From a virus (Duplodnaviria; Caudoviricetes), in IMG/VR virus record IMGVR_UViG_3300032320_001532, positions 1 to 27,064 of that record: a stretch of DNA of 27,064 nt. The stretch is one strand, 5' to 3'. The position numbers were made by a program, and so were the translations under genes. A model generated the notes under the pieces. That model ran no database searches. It was not told the origin of the DNA and worked only from the letters and a program-made list of their open reading frames with translations. This document shows positions 1 to 9,068 of this stretch, piece after piece (within the stretch, counting starts at the first letter, position 1; each line of letters opens with the position of its first letter).

Positions 1-558
1 GTTGAATAACGTATCGTCAAATACAGTCTTATACATACTTACTTTACGATCCGGATCTGGTTGGATCAAGTTTTCGTAAAACATGTGAATATGAAAGTCT
101 GTGGCAAAGTAGTTGTGATCAAAAGCATGGTAGAAACTTTTTTCTGCATGCCTTACCCAAGGTTTATCTCCAACCAATCGTCCTAAAAAGTCTTGCGGAT
201 CATAACTGCCAGCATGCCATAAGCCATGTGTTGTTACTGGGATGCCTAGTAACTCACTCATGTACTTTAAGTTTATAATGCCCGGATGCCAAGCGTCAGT
301 AAAAATAAAGTGGTCGCCGGGACAAACGGATCCGCTACAAAATAGACGGCCCATTTGCTCAACTTGACTAGACTTGTATATATTGGTGCCACCAAAATTA
401 AGAAAAGCACCAGGAGTAGTGGCTGTAGGAATATCCTCAGGGCCAGCGATAATTTGAACATCATAGCCTTTCTTTTGTAAAAGTGCCGGTAGGTGGGTTT
501 TCCACTGCGCTGTATAGCGTGTTTCTACCGGCTCAAGGTCTACTAAGTAGACAGTCAT
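1..558 (-). CDS. Glycosyltransferase (GT-B type), N-terminal part; runs off the left edge; absent from the supplied ORF track
   Basis: Manual translation from ATG at 558 (ATGA overlap with the stop at 555-557) is open to position 1: MTVYLVDLEPVETRYTAQWKTHLP...GAFLNFGGTNIYKSSQ...FIFTDAWHPG...HGLWHAGSYDPQDFLGR...YFATDFH. This resembles the N-terminal domain of phage GT-B glycosyltransferases; the C-terminal donor-binding domain is outside the window. Confidence 0.7.
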   Translation of the reverse strand, partial: MTVYLVDLEPVETRYTAQWKTHLPALLQKKGYDVQIIAGPEDIPTATTPGAFLNFGGTNIYKSSQVEQMGRLFCSGSVCPGDHFIFTDAWHPGIINLKYMSELLGIPVTTHGLWHAGSYDPQDFLGRLVGDKPWVRHAEKSFYHAFDHNYFATDFHIHMFYENLIQPDPDRKVSMYKTVFDDTLFN

Positions 559-785
559 TGACGACCGTTCCTGTAGTTGTTATTGTACCCGTTGTTATTA
601 CGGGGACGATTTTCAAATCGTCTGTCGTTGTTATAACGACGAGGACGCTTAGACGCCTCGTATGCCTGCCAAGTTTTACTTTGGCGGTTATACAAGTCTG
701 CCTCATTGTAAGGCAGAAGGTTGAATCTGCAAAAATCTAGCAGATTGTCAAGATCGTCAAAAATTTGAACGACTTCTTTTTTCAT
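555..785 (-). CDS. Small hypothetical protein with N/R-rich low-complexity tail
   Basis: AAGGA SD upstream; coupled to the downstream GT gene; start is either 788 or 785. Confidence 0.75.
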   Translation of the reverse strand: MKKEVVQIFDDLDNLLDFCRFNLLPYNEADLYNRQSKTWQAYEASKRPRRYNNDRRFENRPRNNNGYNNNYRNGRQ

Positions 786-796
786 CATTGTTTCCT

Positions 797-1192
797 TTAG
801 TATTTGATGAATGAACCATTTTCTCCGTCTTCGGAGACCTCAATCCAAATCTCTCGATTTGGGTACTTACTGCTAATGATGTCATATAATTCATCTGACA
901 TCATTTCGCAACTTTTATAGTCAAGGCTTATAGTGGCACCTTGACCATTATACAGCGACTCGAGCCATCGTTTGAACTGGATGAACTCAATGTCCCTGTC
1001 ATTGTGTTGCACACTGATCCACACCCTGAAATGAAAAATGTGGCGATGGGGATAACCCAAAAACGATACGTCATATTCGTCTCCTGTTGCTAACGCAGGA
1101 TCCGTTAGTGCCGCAGGATACTTATGAATGCCTTCTTTGCGGAAAGTCACCCAGATCATTTTGTTAGGTCGAATGTCTTGTTTGATAATCAT
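797..1192 (-). CDS. QueD/6-pyruvoyl-tetrahydropterin synthase-like T-fold protein
   Basis: Metal-ligand-like pattern GIH...YPHRHIFHFRV, SCE motif and C-terminal EVSEDGENG strand fit phage QueD-like proteins. The start was moved to ATG 1192 (ATGA overlap with the upstream gene). Confidence 0.65.
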   Translation of the reverse strand: MIIKQDIRPNKMIWVTFRKEGIHKYPAALTDPALATGDEYDVSFLGYPHRHIFHFRVWISVQHNDRDIEFIQFKRWLESLYNGQGATISLDYKSCEMMSDELYDIISSKYPNREIWIEVSEDGENGSFIKY

Positions 1193-1728
1193 GTTGGTGT
1201 ATCTTGAGTATACTGATCCCAATGAGTGTACTTGTCCATACTCATTAGTTCATGTAATTGATGTGTCCACACGCCTGGATTTGTAGCACCCCAAGTTCGG
1301 TCATCCAGTTTAAGTGTGGCATTATAATTGAGTTGATTAATGTAAGGTAGTTTAACACTAATCATGGGGACAAAGCGAGGATATTCGTTATATGCGGATT
1401 CCAATACACCTTCGATGTGTTCAACACCAAAATCTAAAGTAACCCAGTAGCCTGCTTTTAGACAGCCTATAATAACTTCATCCCATGCTCGATATTCTTC
1501 TTGACTGATCGATTTAGGATTAAAACTCTGACTGGTGCCAAAGTAAATGTGTCGAATACGTTTAGATTCATCCAAGAGTGCTTGGGTGTCATCTGCCTTA
1601 CGTAAAATTTCTTCAAGCGGAGGAGTGCCCACTACAAATAGTGTAAACATACCATGACAAATAGTATGCTCGACTTCATAACCTGTAAAGTAAACGACGT
1701 CTTGTCGTTCTTCAGTGTTTAGTCCCAT
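1189..1728 (-). CDS. Hypothetical protein inside the base-modification operon
   Basis: 179 aa ORF overlapping both neighbours; motifs GYEVEHT, TLFVVG, HIYFG, KLDD, NPGVW; no family assigned. Confidence 0.8.
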   Translation of the reverse strand: MGLNTEERQDVVYFTGYEVEHTICHGMFTLFVVGTPPLEEILRKADDTQALLDESKRIRHIYFGTSQSFNPKSISQEEYRAWDEVIIGCLKAGYWVTLDFGVEHIEGVLESAYNEYPRFVPMISVKLPYINQLNYNATLKLDDRTWGATNPGVWTHQLHELMSMDKYTHWDQYTQDTPT

Positions 1729-2612
1729 TTAATATAACCTCTGCTGTAGCCATTTGGACGATCCACACCATCCGCAAATGCTTGTTGCCATTCTGTATTA
1801 CGATTATAACCTTTAGTCCAAAAATTGTCAACAACTAAATCGCCATTCTCTATCCAAATAGCCGCATCCTTCATGCAATCGTAAAATCTATCTGTTCGAG
1901 GACTTGGAAAAACCATAGTACAGGCTTTCCAAAGTAAATTACTAAAATCTGTAGTCACAGTTTTTTGACTGCCAAATACAATTAGTGCTTCGTTGTTTAC
2001 TATTGATTTATCAAAAACATCTGTTCGACTGCTTAGATCTATAATTACATCAAATGTTCCTGTATAAGAATTGGAAAGATTATCTCCCCATAACTCTTTA
2101 TTACTATTACCAACTACAGTAATATCAAAGTCCAATCGATTTAATCGGATTGTATTATAGGCCACCCATGCTAAGAATCCAGAACCTAATATTAGTAACT
2201 TTTTGCCTTCTCCACTTCTTTTATAGATATCAGAGATTGATTGTTGTACTACATTGATTCCGCAAGCCACCGGCTCTAAGATATATTTTGGATCTGCTTC
2301 TGGAACTTTTACATATTCGAATTCTCGAACATTATATATGTCTGCGTATGCCGGTTCTCCACGAGTAGCAACATAATCGCCTATAGAGACATCTTTAATA
2401 TTTGCACCAACAGCAATTACCTGTCCTAGTCCTTCATGACCTTGCATGTGAAGTGGCAATGGTCCAAAGTTTCCTTGCATCATATCAATGTCGCTACGAC
2501 AAACACCTGTCATAACAGCACGGACACTGATCTCGGTTTCTTGGAATGCAGGAACATCATATGTTACTTCTTCAAAGTAACCTTGCCCATTAGTTTGTAA
2601 ACAGCGTGTCAT
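1719..2612 (-). CDS. Zn-dependent medium-chain dehydrogenase (GroES-like ADH / sugar-alcohol dehydrogenase family)
   Basis: GVCRSD and GHEGLGQV catalytic-Zn motifs, EP motif, ILGSG Rossmann loop; no four-Cys structural-Zn lobe. The start was moved to ATG 2612 (ATGA overlap). Confidence 0.85.
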   Translation of the reverse strand: MTRCLQTNGQGYFEEVTYDVPAFQETEISVRAVMTGVCRSDIDMMQGNFGPLPLHMQGHEGLGQVIAVGANIKDVSIGDYVATRGEPAYADIYNVREFEYVKVPEADPKYILEPVACGINVVQQSISDIYKRSGEGKKLLILGSGFLAWVAYNTIRLNRLDFDITVVGNSNKELWGDNLSNSYTGTFDVIIDLSSRTDVFDKSIVNNEALIVFGSQKTVTTDFSNLLWKACTMVFPSPRTDRFYDCMKDAAIWIENGDLVVDNFWTKGYNRNTEWQQAFADGVDRPNGYSRGYIKWD

Positions 2613-3487
2613 AGATTTTCTATTCTTTCGTGAATCCAATAATCGTATTCTAATTGTTGTTGCCAAAATTTATCATTATCTACATTGGCAACAGCATCTG
2701 CAATCATTCTTTGATATGCATCTTCAGGGCATAGACCTAATTCAAAGACTTCACAGAAGCCTTCTTTTAAAATAAATTCAATTTTACGAGCATCTAGATT
2801 ATTACTACGCCAATCTGCTTGTAAATTCCACTTGCTACCAAACTCAATGTAACAAAAATCGTCTACATCATATATTCCATCGGATTTAACAATGCCATAG
2901 TCTGTGGTAGTTAAGTCGCTTAATTCCCATTCTCTAAGAGAACCTTGATCAGTCATAGATTCATTCTTCCAATTGGGATTTAATGCAATATATAGACTTA
3001 GCAAGTGTGGCATAAGATCTCTACTAACTCCACCGAATGCTAATTTTTTAGTAGTAAACCAAGTTCCAGGATTTGGAACACGATCCTTGTTAATCCACAT
3101 AAGTTCTACATTAGAGGATTTGTCTGCAAGTGTTTTTAATTCTTCAATATTACTACGCCACATATTGTTCTTAACCATCATGAAGCGTGTATTTTTAAAA
3201 GTGTGACAAAGGGTGGCCCAATTCTCTGCCTTAGCAACTCCAGGTTTTTCAATAAACACAATTCTACTAAATGGAGCAACCTTTGCGGCTAATTCAAAGT
3301 GTGTAAAATTTGGTGTACAAATGTGTACAGTATCAAAAAATTCATGAACTAAAATAGCCGCATCTATGCTAGGCATATCTGCACCTCGACTAATATCGCT
3401 GTCGACAGTAACTACTTCGTGACCTAAATTAGTAAGGACAGTTTTATATAACTGTCCTATACCCATTCCTACTATTAAACTTTTCAT
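2609..3487 (-). CDS. Gfo/Idh/MocA-family NAD(P)-dependent oxidoreductase
   Basis: IVGMGIG Rossmann start, ICTPNFTH, VFIEKP, GGVSRDLMPH (GG..D...H catalytic motif). Confidence 0.88.
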   Translation of the reverse strand: MKSLIVGMGIGQLYKTVLTNLGHEVVTVDSDISRGADMPSIDAAILVHEFFDTVHICTPNFTHFELAAKVAPFSRIVFIEKPGVAKAENWATLCHTFKNTRFMMVKNNMWRSNIEELKTLADKSSNVELMWINKDRVPNPGTWFTTKKLAFGGVSRDLMPHLLSLYIALNPNWKNESMTDQGSLREWELSDLTTTDYGIVKSDGIYDVDDFCYIEFGSKWNLQADWRSNNLDARKIEFILKEGFCEVFELGLCPEDAYQRMIADAVANVDNDKFWQQQLEYDYWIHERIENL

Positions 3488-3744
3488 CTATATGTGGGAA
3501 GTTTGTTAATACATTGAATGTCTGCACCAGACTCTTTGCTGGCAAATGTATGTAATTGATAATCGGCGGAATTTACACAGTTATCGTAACCGATAAATTT
3601 ATCTGATAGACCGATTGTATTTCCCGTTTTTGCAACTTTGATTACAATATAATAATCATTAACACCGACAGTGTCTTTTGCCGTGACCTGTGCCGCAAGA
3701 AATCCCAATAGTCCTGAAATTACGAATAATATGCCTAGTTTCAT
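3484..3744 (-). CDS. Small exported or membrane-anchored hypothetical protein
   Basis: Hydrophobic N-terminal signal-like segment, two Cys; ATGA overlaps on both sides. Confidence 0.7.
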   Translation of the reverse strand: MKLGILFVISGLLGFLAAQVTAKDTVGVNDYYIVIKVAKTGNTIGLSDKFIGYDNCVNSADYQLHTFASKESGADIQCINKLPTYR

Positions 3745-5288
3745 TTGATGCCTTCTTCAAGTTTGTCAAGTTTTGCTATTTCATCATCGGTAAATTCTTC
3801 ACCGTGTTCTAATTGTACACTCTCTTCTTCGACTTCGTCAAATAGTTTGGCAAATTGAGTACTAGCATTAACCGTTTTCTTACCTACAGCACCCCTAGTA
3901 CCGGGAATAGCCATCCAAAATTTACTAAAACTGTCAATAACTGCATCAGCAGTACCTCTATCATTAGCACTAAAAATGGCATCTACTACATCTTTAAAAT
4001 ATAGTCTGTCAAACTTTTCTTGAACTAACATAGTTGGACATAGTCCTGCATCATATTGACGATTGGCTTCTTGTACTGCGTTAAGATGCATCCAAACATT
4101 ATGACCCATTAGAATTGCATAACTAAAACTATCCCAAGATGTCTTACCTTCCTTACCAATTTTGTTCAAATCTCCAGGTGCATATATACATACGTCTTTA
4201 ATTTGAACACCATCTATGATTGGACTATTATCGAAATTTTTAAAATGTCCATCTTGCATTACTGCATCTCTGAACAATCTAGTATCGCCAGCATATTTTT
4301 TATCGTCGATGCTAGGCAACATTCTATAAACCCATTTAGTTCGGTCTTGAGTTTCTGTTTGAACATATACTTGTCCATTAGCAGTAGCCAAGAATGGACT
4401 GGCACAGTCAAACGATATTGTAAAGTTAGGATTGTGATATTTGCGTACAGCACGTTGAATGTCTGTTAATAAACAAGCCCATTCTAATTTACTTGTACCT
4501 AAGAAGTGCATCCAATCTTGATGACCCTGTTCTAACAAACCATCAAATCGTAATGCCACTAGCCGTTTTAAAACTAGATGTACATCACACATATTTTGGC
4601 CACCCATGGCCCAACCATTGAATGCACGGTCACCGTATACTTTTGGATCGCAGTATTTCTTCATACGGTCATACCAATCATCGGCATCAGTATGATTTTC
4701 ACCTTGAAGAACATTTAAGAACTTACAGTTACCATTACGATTGTTTACAAACCAATCATTATTAATGTAAGTTCCTTGAACTGCTTCTGCGTATGTAGTA
4801 ATGCCTGTGGCTTTTTGACCAGCGGGACTACGAGCCACCCAGGCAGGAATATCAAGGCACATTCCATAATCCATAAGTGCATCCATCCACTTAAGAACCT
4901 GTTCACGTTTCTTTTGTGCTTTAGGACAGTTAGGATTTTTCCAATCGCCTTCCCATACACCTTTACCAATCTGGAAGCCACCTGAATCACCTAACACCCA
5001 ACTTGTGCTACGATCTCTATTACGAAACATATCTTCGCTGTGATCTACTTTGTTTAAATCTAAGTTAGCATGTCCAGCACTATACAAACAGTGATCGTAA
5101 TAAAATGCACCTTTTTCAGGTTCTAAGTAGTTTAGACTTTCTACTCCATTTTTAAAACTAGCAGGTATTCTTGCCGGGTCAACATAGTTCCCATAACGTT
5201 GTTTACCGATAAAGGTACTATAGAAACCACTTGTTGCTGGTAAAAAATATGCGTAGTCGTTCTGTGTTGCTGTTAGGTTTTTATTCAT
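3741..5288 (-). CDS. tRNA-guanine transglycosylase-fold protein, probably a DpdA-type DNA 7-deazaguanine transglycosylase
   Basis: TGT motifs in the canonical order: DSGGFQ, MCLDIP, VLQG, AMGG, HFLG, FDCASP, GHN. The start was moved to ATG 5288 (TAATG overlap). A DNA substrate is inferred from context only. Confidence 0.85.
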   Translation of the reverse strand: MNKNLTATQNDYAYFLPATSGFYSTFIGKQRYGNYVDPARIPASFKNGVESLNYLEPEKGAFYYDHCLYSAGHANLDLNKVDHSEDMFRNRDRSTSWVLGDSGGFQIGKGVWEGDWKNPNCPKAQKKREQVLKWMDALMDYGMCLDIPAWVARSPAGQKATGITTYAEAVQGTYINNDWFVNNRNGNCKFLNVLQGENHTDADDWYDRMKKYCDPKVYGDRAFNGWAMGGQNMCDVHLVLKRLVALRFDGLLEQGHQDWMHFLGTSKLEWACLLTDIQRAVRKYHNPNFTISFDCASPFLATANGQVYVQTETQDRTKWVYRMLPSIDDKKYAGDTRLFRDAVMQDGHFKNFDNSPIIDGVQIKDVCIYAPGDLNKIGKEGKTSWDSFSYAILMGHNVWMHLNAVQEANRQYDAGLCPTMLVQEKFDRLYFKDVVDAIFSANDRGTADAVIDSFSKFWMAIPGTRGAVGKKTVNASTQFAKLFDEVEEESVQLEHGEEFTDDEIAKLDKLEEGIK

Positions 5289-5551
5289 TAGAGCCATCCA
5301 CCTGCTCGTGCAATGCCTATTATTCCAACTAAAATCCAAAAAGCATTTAGTAGCGTATAAGCCTTATCGTTCTTAAGTGTAGCACAATACGTTAAGAGTA
5401 CAGCATCTATAGTATTAAAGATCCAAACAAACATAAACGGACTTGCTGGACCTAACCACGATACTAGGGTAAAACTAATAATACGCATAATAACCCCAAT
5501 CATTTCCATTTGGGGTATATGCGACTTAATATAGTCTAAAATAAAATTCAT
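5288..5551 (-). CDS. Small membrane protein with about three TM helices (SemiSWEET/PnuC-half-like size)
   Basis: 87 aa, three hydrophobic segments; resembles 9083..9376. Confidence 0.7.
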   Translation of the reverse strand: MNFILDYIKSHIPQMEMIGVIMRIISFTLVSWLGPASPFMFVWIFNTIDAVLLTYCATLKNDKAYTLLNAFWILVGIIGIARAGGWL

Positions 5552-5553
5552 AA

Positions 5554-6288
5554 TTACTTGCTCTGTGCTGGTAAGATGTAATCATATACAGCAACACCGC
5601 TGTCAACAGTAATTTGCATAGCACCTGCATCTGCAATCTTCATAGTAACTTTACCATCAAGATTTAAAATGCTCTGTACTTGTGCAACAGGCCAAGACCA
5701 TGTGTGCTTTAACTTGCCGCCAACATCGTGTTGGAAAACAAATGAACCTGCGTGTGTACTTGCATCTCCAAAGAAGAATACAAGATTGTTGTCTTCTGTA
5801 CGAACTTGAAAAACAGTTTCTTCACTGTGTGCCGCACTCTGTAATTTCAAACGACTAATAGCCGCAACACTTGGTTCGAACTCGACTTCCCAACTAGCAC
5901 CTTTGAACTTAACTGATTTTAATTTTTCATTGATAAGTTCTGCGGCCATAAAACGATAATCGTTTTGGAAATCGCCTGCTTGGTTTTCAAAGTGTAAACC
6001 TACTGGAACATCTGCACCATTGCGGTTTGCTTTGACAACATCAATCTTAGCGTTCTCTTTATATTCTGGATTCTTCAAGTGAAGATTTAACTTGTCTAAG
6101 TTTGGCATACCAAATGTGCCGTCAAATTCTGCCACAGGTGAATGTGCAGTAGCAGTTACAATTACACTACGATCTTCTGCCATAGATTCGATAGTTGTTG
6201 AATCTTTAGCACCGCTGATCTTAACCAATGGCAAAAAGCCTAGGCTGTGTGTATGTGCTACGATATCTGTTAAAATGTCCTTAATCAT
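5554..6288 (-). CDS. DNA polymerase sliding clamp (T4 gp45/PCNA-like)
   Basis: 244 aa, beta-rich, ending YDYILPAQ; directly downstream of DNA polymerase; AAGGAG SD. The call rests on size, context and general pattern. Confidence 0.65.
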   Translation of the reverse strand: MIKDILTDIVAHTHSLGFLPLVKISGAKDSTTIESMAEDRSVIVTATAHSPVAEFDGTFGMPNLDKLNLHLKNPEYKENAKIDVVKANRNGADVPVGLHFENQAGDFQNDYRFMAAELINEKLKSVKFKGASWEVEFEPSVAAISRLKLQSAAHSEETVFQVRTEDNNLVFFFGDASTHAGSFVFQHDVGGKLKHTWSWPVAQVQSILNLDGKVTMKIADAGAMQITVDSGVAVYDYILPAQSK

Positions 6289-6308
6289 TATAGTTCTCCT
6301 TAATGTTG

Positions 6309-6337
6309 ATTATATTTAGGTTTTTGTTAAAAGTCAA
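6309..6337 (-). promoter_or_regulatory. Sigma70-type promoter for the clamp and modification operon
   Basis: TTGACT (6337-6332), 17 bp spacer, TATAAT (6314-6309); also overlaps CTAAATA, a late-like element. Confidence 0.85.
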
Positions 6338-6340
6338 GCC

Positions 6341-9010
6341 TTAAAATTCAAACAATTTGTTGAATGTATTCTTTTCTTCTGTGCTTGCGATGTCCCAATT
6401 TAGAACACCAATTAAGTTAGATAATTTGTTATCAATAATTGTCTGTTCCATTTCTGCATCATCAAACGGTAACTCCATAAACCATTTAGGTAAACGTAGT
6501 TCATCAACCGGATAAGCCACTGATGTATATCCGAGCGGATTCTGTTTAAGTTTACAGACAATAACTTTGGCGCCGTCTGTAACCTGCATACTGTACTTGT
6601 CTGAATTCATTCTACGCAGAGTGTTCCAATTAAGACTTGCACGTACATGTCCGGGCATATTAGTCTTGCCTGCCTTTGTTTCTTTGGCTTGGTACTCTGT
6701 GATGTTGTTGGCACGTTTGGGTGAACCTTTCTCCCAACCAGGACGACTTTTAAATTCTGTTCTAAATGCAGTAATAAAATCTAATACCTCTTGTTCAGTA
6801 GAACCAGTTAGTACTTTTTCAAGTACATCACTTAGGAAGTCTTGAATAAATGCCGGAGTATCTGAACGTTTCAAGTCTAAGCCCATGGCTTTGATCTTAC
6901 CTGGCTTGCCATCGGTATCGGCACGTTTGCCTTCCTTGTCATAATACAATACAGCATAACGCTTCTTAGTAATGAACAAACCTTTACTGGCAACAATTTC
7001 TCGACCTGCCCGGATAACTTCTCCTCTACTAGGAGGACAATGAAATGCTTCCTGCATAAACTTAACAAATGTCGAGTTTACTTCTTCACCAATTTGGTCA
7101 TACAATGCAGTGACATTTTCCTTAGTCCAAGGAATAACACCGGACTCAATATCTTTCTTTAGTGTAGTGTATGCTGAGAAGTAACAGGAGTCCGTGTCGC
7201 CATAGATAATTGCTTTACCACGGTAATCATATTCACCTGTGATAATTTCATTAACTTTGCCAGCCATATGCTTAACTACTTGTCTTCCAGTGAGTGTAGT
7301 TGACTGTCCAATGCGTTTGTCAAAGAACCTACAGCCGGCATTAAGAATAGCACCATACAAACTATTTAGGTTAATCTTCTTAACTAACTGGCGTTTGTCC
7401 CAATATTCTTCTTCAATTTTATTGCCGCTGGCAATACATTCTTTGAGCTTGGCTTGCATCTCTTTACGTTCGGCATACCAACGTTTTAGCAGTCCAGGGA
7501 TAATACCTTCTTTCTCGTAGGTAAAGATTGTACCATTAGCAGATATAGTCCAAGGTTGATTGCTATCAAAAATTAATTTGTAGACTTCTGCGGCACTGTG
7601 TACTGTTTCGTTGCCATCTTCCCAGTCGATGATAATCTCTGTATCTCTGCGCTGTTCCATAACAGCAGTATATTCCATACTGCCAAACATTCCCTCCCAT
7701 GCACCTGCAAATGATTTTTTCTTAAGAGTAGTTTGTTCGTGAATATATGCTTCAGTATGTGTTGGGCGTAACTGACCAATAATAGTTTCTGGCCCCATGT
7801 TCAATGCACGGATGGCACTTGGATAAAGACTGTTAATGTCCAATGAGCCAATCCAGTCTTGCAATCCCTCCTTAGGATAGGCAACATACGCACCTGCTGC
7901 CGCTGAGTTCTCATCGTCATCTCGTTTAGGACGATTCGGTACTTGGAAGCCTCTGCGATGCGCTTCATTAATAATAGCCTGTTCAGTAACAGCCACAGCA
8001 CCCATTGTTGTCTGTAACAATACAGTACATTCGTGTGCTAGTTTATTAGCAAGGTCGATAAACTTTAATTTGTCGTCTAATTTGTTTAATAGTGCAGTGT
8101 CTTGTCTATTATAGATAATAAACTTTTTAAAGTCATTGTTGTATAGTTGATCCAACGTGCCTTCGTAAACAGTCTTGTTTTCGCCAATCTCCATCTCGCC
8201 AATAGCATCTAGTCGATATGTATGACGTTCTTCATATGTATATTTGCGATATAGTTCCAAACTATCTAAGTGTACACGACCGTGGAAGTCATATGTTACA
8301 GCAGTCTTTCCATATTTTTCATATTCACGTCTTTTAGGAAATTGATCCCACAAACAGAATCTACGTGTATCTTCTTTACTCAATACCTGAGTAACACGAT
8401 TAACAGTATACGGAACGTCATAACCTTCGCTGTTCCAACCACTGATAATATCTGCGTCTTGAATTAAGTCTAAGAATGTTTCCAACATATCTGCTTCGCT
8501 GTCAAACAGATGTGTGTCTGGAATATCTTCTAGTAATTTTTTAGCATCATCCATATTCATACCTTTAGGAGGTATGGCTAATGTGATTAACTTGTCTAAC
8601 CACTTGAGGTGAACAGTGATTGCTGTAATTGGCATGAACGCATCTTCTGGTGTAGAATAACCACGTTCTGGATCAAAGTCCACCTCAATGTCAAAGAAGC
8701 AAATGTTTAGTTTAGGTGCATCTTGATTTAGATAGTTTTCGCTTAGATGTACAAAGATTGGATTGATGTCACTTTCATAAAGTTCTTTGCCACTGTTAAT
8801 GGCCTGTTCTTTACGGAAGTCTTTGGTATTTTTACAAACTACCCTTGTCAGCGGATCACCATAGATAGAAGTAAATTTACCTCGGGGATCTGGATAGTAA
8901 AATGTGTAGCGTACTGGGTGTTCTTTAAAAACCCTTTCGCCTTTGTCGTTTCTTTCAACGACCTTAATAATATCATTCTCTCTATCAAAGAGAGCGTCTA
9001 CATAACTCAT
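6341..9010 (-). CDS. Family B DNA polymerase with 3'-5' exonuclease (T4 gp43-like)
   Basis: FDIEV (ExoI), GWNSEGYD (ExoII), YNRQD (ExoIII), DINSLYPS, KINLNSLYG, YGDTDS, KKRY; C-terminal NKLFEF clamp-binding-like tail. The start was moved to ATG 9010 after the AAGGAG SD. Confidence 0.97.
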   Translation of the reverse strand: MSYVDALFDRENDIIKVVERNDKGERVFKEHPVRYTFYYPDPRGKFTSIYGDPLTRVVCKNTKDFRKEQAINSGKELYESDINPIFVHLSENYLNQDAPKLNICFFDIEVDFDPERGYSTPEDAFMPITAITVHLKWLDKLITLAIPPKGMNMDDAKKLLEDIPDTHLFDSEADMLETFLDLIQDADIISGWNSEGYDVPYTVNRVTQVLSKEDTRRFCLWDQFPKRREYEKYGKTAVTYDFHGRVHLDSLELYRKYTYEERHTYRLDAIGEMEIGENKTVYEGTLDQLYNNDFKKFIIYNRQDTALLNKLDDKLKFIDLANKLAHECTVLLQTTMGAVAVTEQAIINEAHRRGFQVPNRPKRDDDENSAAAGAYVAYPKEGLQDWIGSLDINSLYPSAIRALNMGPETIIGQLRPTHTEAYIHEQTTLKKKSFAGAWEGMFGSMEYTAVMEQRRDTEIIIDWEDGNETVHSAAEVYKLIFDSNQPWTISANGTIFTYEKEGIIPGLLKRWYAERKEMQAKLKECIASGNKIEEEYWDKRQLVKKINLNSLYGAILNAGCRFFDKRIGQSTTLTGRQVVKHMAGKVNEIITGEYDYRGKAIIYGDTDSCYFSAYTTLKKDIESGVIPWTKENVTALYDQIGEEVNSTFVKFMQEAFHCPPSRGEVIRAGREIVASKGLFITKKRYAVLYYDKEGKRADTDGKPGKIKAMGLDLKRSDTPAFIQDFLSDVLEKVLTGSTEQEVLDFITAFRTEFKSRPGWEKGSPKRANNITEYQAKETKAGKTNMPGHVRASLNWNTLRRMNSDKYSMQVTDGAKVIVCKLKQNPLGYTSVAYPVDELRLPKWFMELPFDDAEMEQTIIDNKLSNLIGVLNWDIASTEEKNTFNKLFEF

Positions 9011-9021
9011 ATTTCTCCTTA

Positions 9022-9068
9022 TGTCGTTTGTGGCCGACAAATACCAAAACAGCGACTTATGGCTCGCT
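9022..9068 (-). promoter_or_regulatory. Twin stem-loops immediately 5' of the DNA polymerase SD; candidate translational operator
   Basis: mRNA reads AGCGA-GCCAUAAG-UCGCU ... UGUCG-GCCACAAA-CGACA-UAAGGAG. Both have 5-bp stems and related 8-nt loops. Confidence 0.65.

Noticed and set aside
273-464. 63-aa minus-strand ORF in the track
   Set aside because: It is an alternate frame inside the longer glycosyltransferase ORF (1..558).
6341-9010. Intein or intron in DNA polymerase
   Set aside because: Normal length with contiguous motifs; no splicing or LAGLIDADG signatures.
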